NCBI RefSeq assembly: GCF_009914755.1
Contig: NC_060927.1
DNA length: 64,000 nucleotides
Source of the DNA: the human T2T-CHM13v2.0 reference genome, Homo sapiens
Strand: one strand, 5' to 3'
Made by a program: the position numbers and the translations under genes. Shown one piece after another: positions 1 to 11,545 of the stretch. Positions within the stretch are counted from its first letter, which is position 1; each line of letters starts with the position of its first letter. Below the pieces are notes generated by a model that saw only the letters and a list, made by a program, of their open reading frames with translations, was not told the DNA's origin and searched no databases.

Positions 1-741
1 GGGATCCAGCCAGCTGCTTTGGGTGGCAGGAGCATGCTCCATGCAGACCTTGCAGTGGCACCCAAGGCGGGGTGCCTGCAAGCACCGAAGCCCCAGAGGC
101 CACGTTACAATGCTATCTTATCTCTGCTGTTCATGGACAGCAGTGTGTTATCAGCTCAGTGGGCCCCTTGCCTTGTGGTGTGGGGTGGCTGCTCTCCGCC
201 AGACAGGACAAAGGGCCAGTGGGACAGCCCTTTTTGGGTACCTGCACTCAATGAGTCCTGAACTCTTGTCCGATGGTCCAACAAAAATTAGGTCACATGG
301 ACCACTTGATGGATGGTGGAGGTGGAGAATTTTATTTAGTGATGCAAATGGCTCTCAGCAGAGAGGGGAGATGGAGAGGATGGGCAGATAATCTTCCCTG
401 AATTCTGGCCATCTCGGGCCGGCTCCTCTGAAGTCCAGCCATCCCTCTGAAATCAAGTCACCTCTCTCCAGTCAAGCCACTTCTCCCTCTCTACTGACTG
501 AGTCTGGAGTGTTTATAGACACAGGATGGATGGCAAGGCAGGCCATAGGTAGTTTTCGAAAAGGCAACATTCAATTAGTAAAAAGACATTATTCAACAAC
601 AACCAATTGGGAGAGAGCAGACAAACAGGGATAGTAGGTCTCACTTTGGGCCACGGGTTTTAGGCTTTTCAGCTCAAAGGTGGGGTTTTGCTGGAGACCT
701 ACCTCTGTCTGCCTAGAATTTCTCTGCCTCCTGCATCTATC
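1..741 (-). mobile_element. MER52-family ERV1 LTR, partial (continues left of the window)
   Basis: The reverse complement of 700-741 reads GATAGATGCAGGAGGCAGAGAAATTCTAGGCAGACAGAGG, matching the MER52 5' start, followed by MER52-like AAAACCCCACCTTTGAGC and GAATGTTGCCTTTT motifs. The body is GC-richer than the flank. Confidence 0.8.
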
Positions 742-1026
742 GGAAATAATGACTAAACTTTGACAAAACTGTTAGAGAAATTTTGGAGGTGGTAGCAAAT
801 TGATCAATTATATGAGACAGACTTTAAATTTTATGTCAGGGCACATGAAGATAAGCCAAAAAATAGTGAGGATGAAAAGGGAATTAAACATGAAAAGAGA
901 AAAGTTTCCATGGATTTATCAAACAGAAGTACTAGAAGTCACAATAAGCTATTTTCAACATGGAAGTGCCTAAAGTAGCAAGTTTTGTAAAGTAGAAAAT
1001 ATACCAGGAAAAGTTGTTAAGTACTT

Positions 1027-1462
1027 TGTATTAGTCAGGGTTCTGCTAGAGGGACAGAACTAAGAGGGACAGAAATAAACTGAAAATTTATTAAGTATTA
1101 ACTCACACAAACACAAGGTCCCACAATAGGCTATCTGCAAGCTGAAGAGCAAGGAGAGTCAGTCCGATTCCCAAAACTGAAGAACTTGGAGTCCGATGTT
1201 TGAGGGCAGGAAGCATACAGCATGGAAGAAAGATGTAGGCTGGGAGGCTAGCCCCATCTCTCATTTTCACTTTTTTCTGCAGGCTTTATCTTTGCTGTAA
1301 GCTGATTAGATTGTGCCCACCCAGCTTAAGGGTGGGTCTGCCTTTCCCAGCCCACTGACTCAAATGTTAATCTCTTTTGGGCAACTCCCACAGAGACAAA
1401 CCCAGGATAAATACTTTGTATCCCTCAACCCAGTCAAGTGACACTCAGTATTAACCATCACA
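1027..1462 (-). mobile_element. MLT2A1 LTR (3' LTR of an ERVL-type provirus)
   Basis: Runs from TGTATTAGTCAGGGTTC to AGTATTAACCATCACA. The adjacent 1463-1473 is the reverse complement of the polypurine tract AGGGGTAGACT. Confidence 0.93.
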
Positions 1463-3144
1463 AGTCTACCCCTTGTCAGCTTGAACCCATACATATCTCC
1501 TGAGATCACACATAATCTTCAAATAAAGACAATAATGAGGTCATAATTTTGCCTAACATAATACAATTATTCTTCGTACAACCAGAAATGCACCAATCCC
1601 CAACCCAAATACTATTACATAAAGTTAACAATACTTAAATGCTGATATGAAGTCAACAAATCTTATGTCACATGATAAAGGAAAAGGAAATAAAATGAAG
1701 ATATTTTCTTAGTACAAGTGTATATATGACAAATATCTTTTTGAACAAAAGAAGGAGGAAATATTCATGACAATTGCAGTCCTCATTTCTGCAGCTGGTC
1801 ATGTGGTCATAGCTGGTTTTGATGACTGCCTTTTTCCACTACCCATTCTGTATCCCCTTTGCCTTCATCAAGCATCTCAGCAGGTCACAGTTTTTTTCTT
1901 GGTGGAGTCACCTAAACCTTCATACCTGAAGGGTCTGGACCATTTGTAGTCCTGCCTGGATTGCGCTGTTGTAGTTTCCCATTGACCTTAATCACAGGGC
2001 ATGGTAATACTAAGAGACACCCTAGTAGATCCCCTGTATTCCACGCATACTCTTCCTTACCTCTGTTATGGAAGAGTATACTGATTTCATCCTGATAGTC
2101 CAGGTCAATCACCCCAGCCAACATTGTTAAGTCCCTTCTTAGCCTGTTGACTTAAAGGTAGGAGGAGCTCAAAGTGTCCAGGTAGCAATCTTAAGTATCA
2201 GTTTAATTGAATTGTTGCTGTTTCCTCGTGGCAGTGTTCCTCCCTCTGGAACTAAGAACTCTAGGCCATCAGAACATAATGTCGCAGGAACAGGAAGCAC
2301 AAATTTTGCTAGTGGGTCACTAGGGGTGATGGTGAGTGGTGCCACTTCCACTTCCACCCCTTGATTCCTGGACCCGTGCATCCTGGCTATGGGAGTAATA
2401 GTACCATTTATTGGTTACTGATTCAGAGCATACACACCCTTCTGGAGAACATTGCCCCAGCCCTGCAAAGTATTGTCACCTAGTTGGCATTGTAATTGTG
2501 ACTTCAAAAAGCCATTCCACAGTTATATCACTCCAGTTGCTTCAGGATGATGGATAAAATAGTAAGACCAGTGAATTTCATGAGCATGAACCCACTGCTG
2601 CATTTCTTTAGCCATAAAGTGAGTCCCTTGGTCAGAGGCAATGTTATGTGGAATACCATGATGGTGGATAAGGCGTTCTGTGAGTCCATAGATAGCAGTC
2701 TTGGCAGAATAATTGTGTGCAGGATAGGCAAACCTATATCCAGAGTAAGTGTCTATTCCAGTGAGGAAAAACCTCTGCTCTTTCCATGATGGAAGAGGTC
2801 CAATACAATCAACCTGCCACCAGGTGGCTGGCTGATTACCCCGAAGAATGGTGCCATATGGAGGGCTTAGTGTTGGTCTCTGCTGCTGGCAAGTTGGTCA
2901 CTCAGCAATGGCCATAGCCAGGTCAGCCTTGGTGAGTGGAAGTCCATGTTGCTGAGCCCATGCGTAACCTCCATCCTTGCCACCATGGCCACTTTGTTCT
3001 TGGGCCCATTGGGGGATGACAGGGTTGTCTGGGGAAGGAGGCTGAGTGGTTTCCACAGAGCGGGTCATCCTATCCACGTGATTATTAAAATCCTTCTCTG
3101 CTGACGTCACCCATTGGCAAGCACTCACATGGGATACAAATATC
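1463..3144 (-). mobile_element. HERV-L internal 3' part: decayed RNase H C-terminus, integrase and dUTPase
   Basis: Broken minus-strand frames: VTSAEKDFNNHVDRMTRSV...WAQEQSGHGGKDGGYAWAQQHGLPLTKADLA (2898-3128, RNase H end and IN N-terminus), IHGSRNQGVEVEVAPLTITPSDPLAKF (2169-2381) and AGVIDLDYQDEISILFHN...KVNGKLQQ (1912-2124, dUTPase GVIDxDY motif). Confidence 0.92.
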
Positions 3145-3298
3145 AGATCTCATGAGACTTATTCAGTATAATAATTATAGCACAGGAAAGACCAGCCCTT
3201 ATGATTCAATTACCTCCCCCTGGGTCCCTCCCACAACACATGGGAAGCCTGGGAGATACAATTTGAGATTTGGGTAGGGACACAGCCAAACCATATCA
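3142..3298 (-). mobile_element. THE1 (THE1C-like) LTR fragment, U3 portion only
   Basis: The minus strand begins TGATATGGTTTGGCTGTGTCCCTACCCAAATCTC, contains TAATTGAATCA and stops at GAGATCTGAT, where it joins HERV-L pol. Confidence 0.88.
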
Positions 3299-4845
3299 TT
3301 CTGTTCCTGGTCCCTTCAAATATGTTCTCACATTTCAAATTCACCCAACAGTCCCCCAAAGTCTTAACCTATTTCAGCATTAACCCAAAAGTACACAGTC
3401 CAAAGTCTCATCTCAAACCAGGCAAGTCCTTTCTGACTATGAGCCTGTAAAATCAAAAGCAAGCTAGTTACTTCCTAGGTACAATGCTGGTACAGGTATT
3501 GGGTAAATACAGCTGTTCCAAATGGGACAAATTGGCCAAAACAAAGGAGTTACAGGGCTCACACAAGTCCAAAATACAGCAGGGAAGGCACATTTTAAAG
3601 TTCCAAAATGATCTCTTTTGACTCCATGTCTCACATCCAGGTCACACTGATGCCAGAGGTGGGTTCCTATGGTTTTGAGCAGCTCCACCCCTGTGGCTTT
3701 GCAGGGTGTAGCCTCCCTCCCGGCTGCTTTCATGGGCTGGTGTTTAGTGTCTGCGGCTTTTCCAAGCACATGGTGCAAGCTGTCAGTAGATCCATCATTC
3801 TGAGGTCTGGAGGAGAGTGGCCCTCCTCTCACAGATCCACTAGGCAGTGGCCCAGTAGAGACTCTGTGTAGGGGGGCTCCAACCCCACAACCCCACATTT
3901 TCCTTCTGCACTGCCCTAGCAGAGATTCTCCATGAGGGCCCCATCCCTGCAGCAAACTTTTGCCTGGGCATGCAGGCATTTCCATACATCTTCTGAAATC
4001 TAGGCGGAGGTTCCCAAACCTCAATTCTTGACTTCTGTGAACCGGCAGACTCAACACCACATGGAAGCTGCCAAGGCTTGGGGCTTCCAACATCTGAAGC
4101 CACAGTCTGAGCTGTACATTGGACCCTTTCAGCCATGGCTGGAGTGGCTGGGACACAAGGCACCAAGTCCCTAGGCTGCACATAGCATGCAGACACTGGG
4201 CAAGGCCCATGAAACCACTTTTTCTTCCTGGACCTCTGGGCCTGTGATGGGAGGGGCTGACATGAAGGTCTCAGGCATGCCCTGGAGACATTTTTCCCAT
4301 GGTCTTGGGGATTAACATTAGCCTTCTTACTACTTATGCAAATTTCTGCAGCCGGCTTGAATTTATACCCAGAAAATGAGTTTTTCTATTCTACTGCATT
4401 ATCGGGCTGCAAATTTTCTGAACCTTTATGTTCTGTTTCTCTTTTAAAATGGAATGCTTTTATCAGCACCCAAGTCACCTCTTGAATGCTTTACTGCTTA
4501 GAAATTTCTTCCACCAGATACCCTAAATCATCTCTCTCAGGTTCAAAATTTCACAGATCTCTAGGGATGGGGCAAAATGCCACCAGCCCCTTTGCTCCAA
4601 TTCCCAACAAGTTCCTCATCTCCATCTGAGACCACCTCAGCCTGGACCTTATTGTTCAGATCACTATCAGGATTTTTGTCTAAGTCATTCAACAAGTCTC
4701 TAGAAGGTTTCAGACTTTCCCACATTTTCCTGTCTTCTTCTGAGCCCTCTGAACTGTTCATCTTCTGCCTGTTACCCAGTTTCAAAGTTGCTTCCACATT
4801 TTCAGGTATCTTTTTCAGCCAAGCCCCCCTCCTAGTACCAAAATC
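3299..4845 (-). mobile_element. THE1-int (MaLR internal sequence), near full length
   Basis: Contains the MaLR ORF remnant EATLKLGNRQ...SEGSEEDRKMWESL...NNKVQAEVVSDGDEELVGNWSKG (4561-4797) and typical THE1-int text such as GPHGESLLGQCRRKMWG. Length is about 1.55 kb. Confidence 0.9.
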
Positions 4846-4896
4846 TGTATTAGTCAGGGTTATCTTAGAGGGACAGAATTAATAGGATATATATAT

Positions 4897-4941
<45 letters not shown>

Positions 4942-5352
4942 ATGTATATATACACACATATATATTAAGGGGAGTTTTTTTAAGTATTAAATTACATGAT
5001 TACAAGGTCTCATAATAGGTTGTCTGTAAGCTGAGGAACAAGGACAGCCAGTCCGATTCCCAAAACTGAAGAACTTGGAGTCTGTTGTTTGAAAGCAGGA
5101 AGCATCCAGCATGGGAGGAAGATGTAGGCTGGAAGTCTAGGCCTGTCTTTCATTTTTGTGTTTTTCTGCCTGCTTTATCTTTGCTGAAAGCTGATTAGCT
5201 TGTGCCTACCAGATTTAGGATGGACCTGCCTTTCCCAGCCCACTAACTCTAATGTTAATCTCTTTTGGGCAGCACCCACACAGACACACCCAGGATTAAT
5301 ATAATACTTTGTATCTCTCAATTCAATCAAGTTGACAGTATTAACCATCACA
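4846..5352 (-). mobile_element. MLT2A1 LTR (5' LTR) with internal (TA)n(CA)n expansion
   Basis: Runs from TGTATTAGTCAGGGTT to GTATTAACCATCACA and is homologous to 1027-1462. On the minus strand it is followed by the PBS region GATTTTGGTACTAGGAG. Confidence 0.93.
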
Positions 5353-5574
5353 TTCTTCAAATACACACACACACATGCACACACACAGACACACAAAATA
5401 CACACACAGAGAGATACACTTAAAACTGTCATATTGCAAAAGGTTGACATTAGTATTTTGGTAGTAAGTTTTGACATCCACCAATATAGCATATATTATT
5501 CCACTGACAATGAACACAGTGAAAGGGAAAACTGTAGAGAGTCTTATTTCATCTATGCCTTCCCACTTGTATAT

Positions 5575-5680
5575 TAGTGAATAAACTGAGGAACAGAGAG
5601 GGGATAATTAGTCTAAGTCACACAAGTGGTTATCAGCAGGGCTGGGATGAGAATGCAGGTCTTTTGGCTTTCAGTGTAAA
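5575..5680 (-). mobile_element. MIR SINE fragment
   Basis: Core AAACTGAGGAACAGAGAGG...AAGTCACACA...GGCTGGGATGAGAATGCAGGTCT. Confidence 0.7.
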
Positions 5681-6071
5681 TTTTCTGTAGCTCAATCCTG
5701 TTTCTGAACTTCTTCACAGGTGCCCACAGTTGTTAAATGTATCCAATTTTTCTTCTTTTTAGGTTAACTGTGAAGCAAAACCCCAGCTTAGACTTCTTTC
5801 ACTGATGTTGAGACATGTATATAAGATCTGTTTATAATTCTAAGAGTTTTACAATGGGGGAACAGAAAATAAGAAATATGATAAAATATTGAAGAAATAA
5901 CAAAGGCTAAGAAAAACTCAAAAAAATTTTATAGTATTCACATATTTTTAGTTGTACATAAAATCAAGCCACACCTGTCCAACTTCTTTCTTAACGCTCT
6001 CTCTTTTTTAGATTTTTCTTTTTAAATTTATTTAAATTTCTGGAGATGGAGCTTGCACAATTCCCCTCCTC

Positions 6072-6730
6072 TTTTTTTTTTAACTTTTATTTGAGGTTCA
6101 GAGGTACATGTGCAAGTTTGTTATATAGATAAATTGTATGTCACAAGGATTTGGTGTCAAGGGTATTTCACCACCTAGGAAATAAGCACAGTACCCAATA
6201 GGTAGTTTGTTGATCTTCATCCTCCTCCCCGCCTCCACTCTCTGTCCTGCATTAGTTTGCTAAGGATAATGGCCTCCAGCTTCATCAATATTGCTGCAAA
6301 GGAGGTGATCTCATTCTTTTTATGGCTGTGAAGTATTCCATGGTATACATGTACCACATTTTCTTTATCCAGTCTACCATTGATGGGCATTTAGGATGAC
6401 CCCATGTATTTGCTATTGTGAATAGTACTGTAATGAACATATGCTTGCATGTATCTTTATGGTAGAATGATTTATATTCCTTTGGGTATATACCGAATAA
6501 TGGGATTGCTGGGTTGAATGGTAATTCTATTTTGAGTTCTGTGAGAAATTACCAAACTGCTTTCTACAATGGCTGAACTAATTTACATACCTATCAGCAG
6601 TGTATAAGCATTCCCTTTTCCCTACAATCTCACCAGTATCTTATTTTTTGACTTTTTAATAATAGCCATTCTGACTGATGTGAGATTAAAACTCATTGTG
6701 GTTTTAATCTGCATTTCTCTAATGATTAGT
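6072..6730 (-). mobile_element. L1 3' end (L1PA15/16-like), 5'-truncated, with an internal deletion near 6241
   Basis: Poly-T followed by AACTTTTATTTGAGGTTCAGAGGTACATGTGCAAGTTTGTTAT, then the standard antisense L1 ORF2 C-terminal sequence (GGGATTGCTGGGTTGAATGG, AATAGCCATTCTGACTG). Confidence 0.88.
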
Positions 6731-8860
6731 CCACTACACTATGGTCCTCCATGATTTCTCTTTTGATTCCCATTTAAAGCAATTACTTTTTATTTATCCA
6801 CAACCATTTTCTGCATCTCAACCTCAACCCTGATTCATCATTTGTTTGCTTTCGACTTTTGGATTATTTCTCCTTTTTGGTTTCTGAAATTAGGCATCTT
6901 TAATTACTGCTGCAGTCTCATAGCTTCCATCTAATTAATGTTGCAAAATTCCGCTCTGTATTCTGAGCAATTTCCCAAGTAAACATTAATAGGTGTATGT
7001 TTTACATATTAATCAGGAGAAGTGGAATAAAAAAGCTGGTCTAATGTTAAGATAGTTAAGTTTTTCTAGTTCTACTAATTGCTATCTGACGTTATACATG
7101 CAGTATTTCTTTTGGCATGCATACTGTCTAAAGTAACTTTTCAGAACTATCATTCTATAATACTTTATGTTGTAGGTCAGTGGTAGACAACTATGATATA
7201 AAATACAGTTAATTTTGGGAGAAAAAAATGAATAGATTAATATGTAAATTATCCACTTTTTTTACTAGTTCATAGGAATATTTGGTTCAGCTTAAGTCAA
7301 GTTTATAGATATTTATCTCCAAATTGATAAAAAAAAAATCCATCTTGACCTGTGGCCTCAAATTATACTTCAGATTCTTGGACTGTCTCACAACTAGTGA
7401 CAACTACAAATGGCCAACCCTTACAACTATGTGTGTAAATTAGTGTAAAAATTGACTATTGGAAAACAAATTCTACTAATAAGTCAATTGCCAAATATTT
7501 TTGCAGAAATGCAACAATGTTTGATTTTTTAGATTGATAATTAAATTTTTGAGTGAATGAAATCTGTTGTGTATCTCCTTTGTTCTGGGCCTGTGCTGTG
7601 CACTATAGGAGGCAGATACAGGGCATGAGGGAGAAAGATAAGCAGTCCAAAGTCACTGTTTTTAGGGGAAGACTTTAAGGAGATTTCTATAAAATTTCAA
7701 ATGCATCTCCTATGCATTTAAAAACTGTTGGAACCAGAGATATGGTGTTTCCTATAGAGTATTGGTTTGAAAAATGAGAAAATAGGGAAAAGAATGAGGT
7801 TTTCTTGAGTTCTGGCCAGTAAAATTTTCAGGTGAAGTGAGTATAACTAAGCCAAAAAACATTCAGGAGCAGTATCAGAAGATGCTCAGGGGCAAGTGAC
7901 CACCAGTAGTAGACATACATTAAGTTAGAACAACAGAGTAGCAGGAGAGAGGAATTCAGCAGGATTCTCTTGGAAGTTTTCAGAAGTGGCTTAAAGAGAA
8001 AAAGAATCAGTTTTATCTTCTGCTGCAGAGTAAAAAGCTAGCTTCTACCAGTACAATATTACTCATAACTTCTATATTCCCTTATCTCTCCTCTCTCCTG
8101 CTTAGACTCTAGTAGTGTCAATACAGCAACTAGCAAAGGTCGAGAAAGAAGAGAAGCCACAATTTCCCCTCCTTCTCACTGGCTACCACCTTGTATTAGA
8201 ACGTAGTTAGCTGAGGGAAAATTATTTACTGCAAAGAAGAATTCCAATAATTATTACAATTAGACTGTAATTAATAAATCACAACTATGCAGCTTTACAT
8301 ACAGTAAGAATATCTTACCCAGAGAAGCAAAGAAGTTATGGGCCTTCCAGAGTTTTTACCTTGGGATGGGACAGATTGCTTCTACTGAAAAAAGTTTGAA
8401 AAGTTGGTGGAAATAAAATTAATTTGTTTGTTGTCACAAACCATGCCATGTTTGTTCAACATAATGGACACATATGTTATCTTAATTTTACACATATAAC
8501 TTCTAATTTTTAAATTAAATTTCTTGTTGAATGGACTTGACTTTCTTTCTAAAGATTTCCTTCAGGAAATCCTCTGGTTTCTGTACTGATATGGATCAAT
8601 TGCTTTCTGCTCAGGTAATTTTCTGAGCTCTCTTTGAAATGAACCACTCGGTTAGGTCCACCATTTCTTTCTTATCTCTGTATTTCTCTTCTGCTTTGTG
8701 AAGAAGTCATGTGGGGGCACAAAATTTTCCAAGACCTTACCAATTTTTCAATGATTGTTTACCTATTCACATAAGTCACTGTCCAGCTGAATATAGAATT
8801 TAAACTCAAAATTACCTTCTTTCAGAATTTTAAATTATTTTATCTGATGCTGTAAAAGGG

Positions 8861-9092
8861 TATATACATGGGTATATATAGGTGTACACATTTGTGTATA
8901 TACATGCACATGTATACACTCACATATATACATATATGCACATGTATACTCTCACATACAAATACATACATGTGTGTATGTATGCCTGTGGGTATATGTA
9001 TATACTTACATATATGTGTGTACACATGTATACACATATTTGCATACATATATACACATATATACCCATATATACACACACATATATATGTA
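8861..9092. repeat. Complex (TA/CA/TG)n low-complexity microsatellite
   Basis: About 230 bp of alternating purine-pyrimidine sequence. It explains the spurious Y/I/H/M/C-rich ORFs here. Confidence 0.9.
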
Positions 9093-9430
9093 CAGCTATG
9101 TACAACATAGTGACATTTTGTTCAATGATGGACTGCATATATGATGGGAGCCTCTAAGATTATAACATTGTATTTTTACTATCCCATTTTTATGTTTAGA
9201 TATGTTTGCATAGACAAATACTTACCATTTGTGTTACAGTTGCTTATGTTATTTTGTACAATAACATGCTGTGTTAACCAAAGCAATAGACTATGCCATA
9301 TAACTTAGGTGTGTAATAGGATATATTATCTAGGTTTGTGTGAGTACACTAAGTGATGTTCACACAACAATGAAATTGCCTAAGAACAATTTCTCAGAAT
9401 GTGTCCCCATCATAAGGCAAGGGATAAATA
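9093..9430 (+). mobile_element. Tigger3a (MER7A) non-autonomous TcMar-Tigger DNA transposon
   Basis: TA then CAGCTATG...GGACTGCATATATGATG...AAGATTATAA...TTTAGATATGTTT...CTAGGTTTGTGTGAGTACACT...TTTCTCAGAATGTGTCCCCATC, collinear with the remembered MER7A consensus. Confidence 0.85.
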
Positions 9431-10599
9431 TATGTATCTAATTCCCTTTGAAAGTGAACTTTGAAAGCTCTTTTAACATTTTCCCATGTGAAATTTCAGA
9501 AGGATGCTTTCCATATGGGTATTCATTCATTCATCATGCATGGTACTCTAAGTACTATTTCACACATTGGTCTTGTTTTCATATCTAACCATATCAAACC
9601 TCAGGTATGTCTGGGGTTCTGTGAGCAAGAAGGTTTCCCACATAGAATTCTTCTTTGACTAGGTTTTGTACTGCAACTTTCTCCATTTTAATAGATGCAT
9701 CAGTTTAAACATAGTTACTTTTCATCTTCAGACATTTGTCTAAATTGTTTGTCACTAATGGCATATCCTCAATTTGCGTCTGTGTCTTAGGTTTAGTTCC
9801 ACCTTTATTTCCTTAACTCCTTTCACTTAGTTCAGGGAAAAATAAGAGAAAAAGTCATGTACTCATACTCAGTTTGTCATTTTGGTCCAAAAGTCTCAGA
9901 GCAGTTTTATTATTATTTTTAACTCTTCTCTGAACTTTTTCACAATTTGGACTGAAGAGATCAATATCACAGTGTATAGAAGATATGCCCTGACAATACA
10001 TTTTTTAAAATTGCTGGATCAGTGTGGATCAGTGTTTTTTAATTTTTTTTAATAGAAGAATATGTAGTTTTGAAATAGTATTTTTATTCCTTTGTTTCTT
10101 GCAGCTTAGTGGTCTTGTGATTTATAATAAAGCTAGACCCTGAAATTTTGGCCTGGTAGAAGTTAACCAAAGGGATGATTACTACCAGCCTGACAAAAAT
10201 TATTGAAAAGCTTATTTAGTCCAGTTATGAAGAAAGATGAACAAAAATAGTTCAAATTTTCCCTCTCTGTTATAAACTAATGGCATGTAATTAAATTTCA
10301 GCTCCACTTGAAACTTAACAGTGTCTATTCTTTAGAGTACCATGCCTAAATTGCACATATTGGAAATTTTCTATCAGCCAATCTGCTTCCTAGGATCACA
10401 TGCAGATAATAATTTTAAGATATTGAAGCAAATAAAAAAGTGATGCCACTGCTTTCAAAGATTGCAGACATCCAAACAATGATCTATCCTTTTTATAATT
10501 TCTAAATAGTTTTCATTGGAGGTTATGATGTTTAAAAACTCCATATATCTTCTTAATGATCAAATCACATTGGGCCAAGTCCCATTCTCTCCCTTGAAC

Positions 10600-11545
10600 T
10601 CTACAATTTGATTTTTCCATTTCATGTTGGACAACACATTTAATAAATCTAAAATTGTGCTTCTGATATTTCATCCCTGTAAATCCTCTTCCTGTGGCCT
10701 TCCCTATTGCAGTAAATGGTAATCCCATTCTTTCTTTTATTTTGCCCCCAAATTTTAGAATGCTTCTTGCCTTATTTTGCCTTACATCTCATGCACCATC
10801 CAGTAACAAATCTCTTTAGTTTAACCTTTAAGTTACACACAGAGTTCAAACATCTTACCACATTCATTGCCAGCTCCCTTATCCAAACCATGGTTTTCTT
10901 CTCCCCGGACTATTCCAATAGTTTTCCCAGTGGTCTTCCTACTCTGTTTTTGGCCCATCTCATTCCCTCCTCAGCAAGCAGTGAGGGTGATCCTGCTAAA
11001 CTCTAAGTCAGATCATATCACTTCTTGGCTCACAACCCTCCAATGGTGACTATTTCGCTTTACAAAAGGAAAGATGAAATGACTGCAATGACTTATAAGC
11101 CAACATGATCTGGTTGTTCTCACTTATTTCTCTGACTTTATCTCTTATACCTCTGCCTTGTTTATTTTGCTCTAGTCATCTGACCTCCACACTTTGCATT
11201 AAGAAAGCCTGGTATGCTCATAGCTTTGGGACTTCGCCACTTACTGTTGCACCTCCCCATATACATCTTTTTCAAATACATCTCATTTACTCTCATTCTT
11301 CAGGTTCTTACATAAACATTACCTACTGAATAAGACCTTCCATGGGCACTCAGTTCGAAATTCAACTCGCATCTAATGCTTTCTATTTATCTTGTTTGTC
11401 CCTCATTTTTTTCCTATTTTACTTATCTTGTTTTTTGTTTGTTTCATCTAGAAGGATTTAATCTTCATCAAGGTAGGAATTTTGTTATGTTTTGGTGATT
11501 TTCGAATCTCCAGCATCTAGAAGAATAATTGGGACATAGTGGTAC
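10600..11545 (+). mobile_element. L2 LINE 3' region
   Basis: TAAGTCAGATCATATCACTT...AACCCTCCAATGG, and the 3' terminus CTCCAGCATCTAGAAGAATAATTGGGACATAGTGGTACTCAATAAACATTT. Confidence 0.82.

Noticed and set aside
3464-4210. Longest ORF (248 aa, minus strand)
   Set aside because: It lies wholly within THE1-int. It is a chance-open stretch of MaLR internal sequence, with no sign of a cellular gene or splice structure.
8840-9157. Overlapping ORFs rich in Y/I/H/M/C/V (also 32292-32592 and 5175-5577)
   Set aside because: These are translations of dinucleotide microsatellites.
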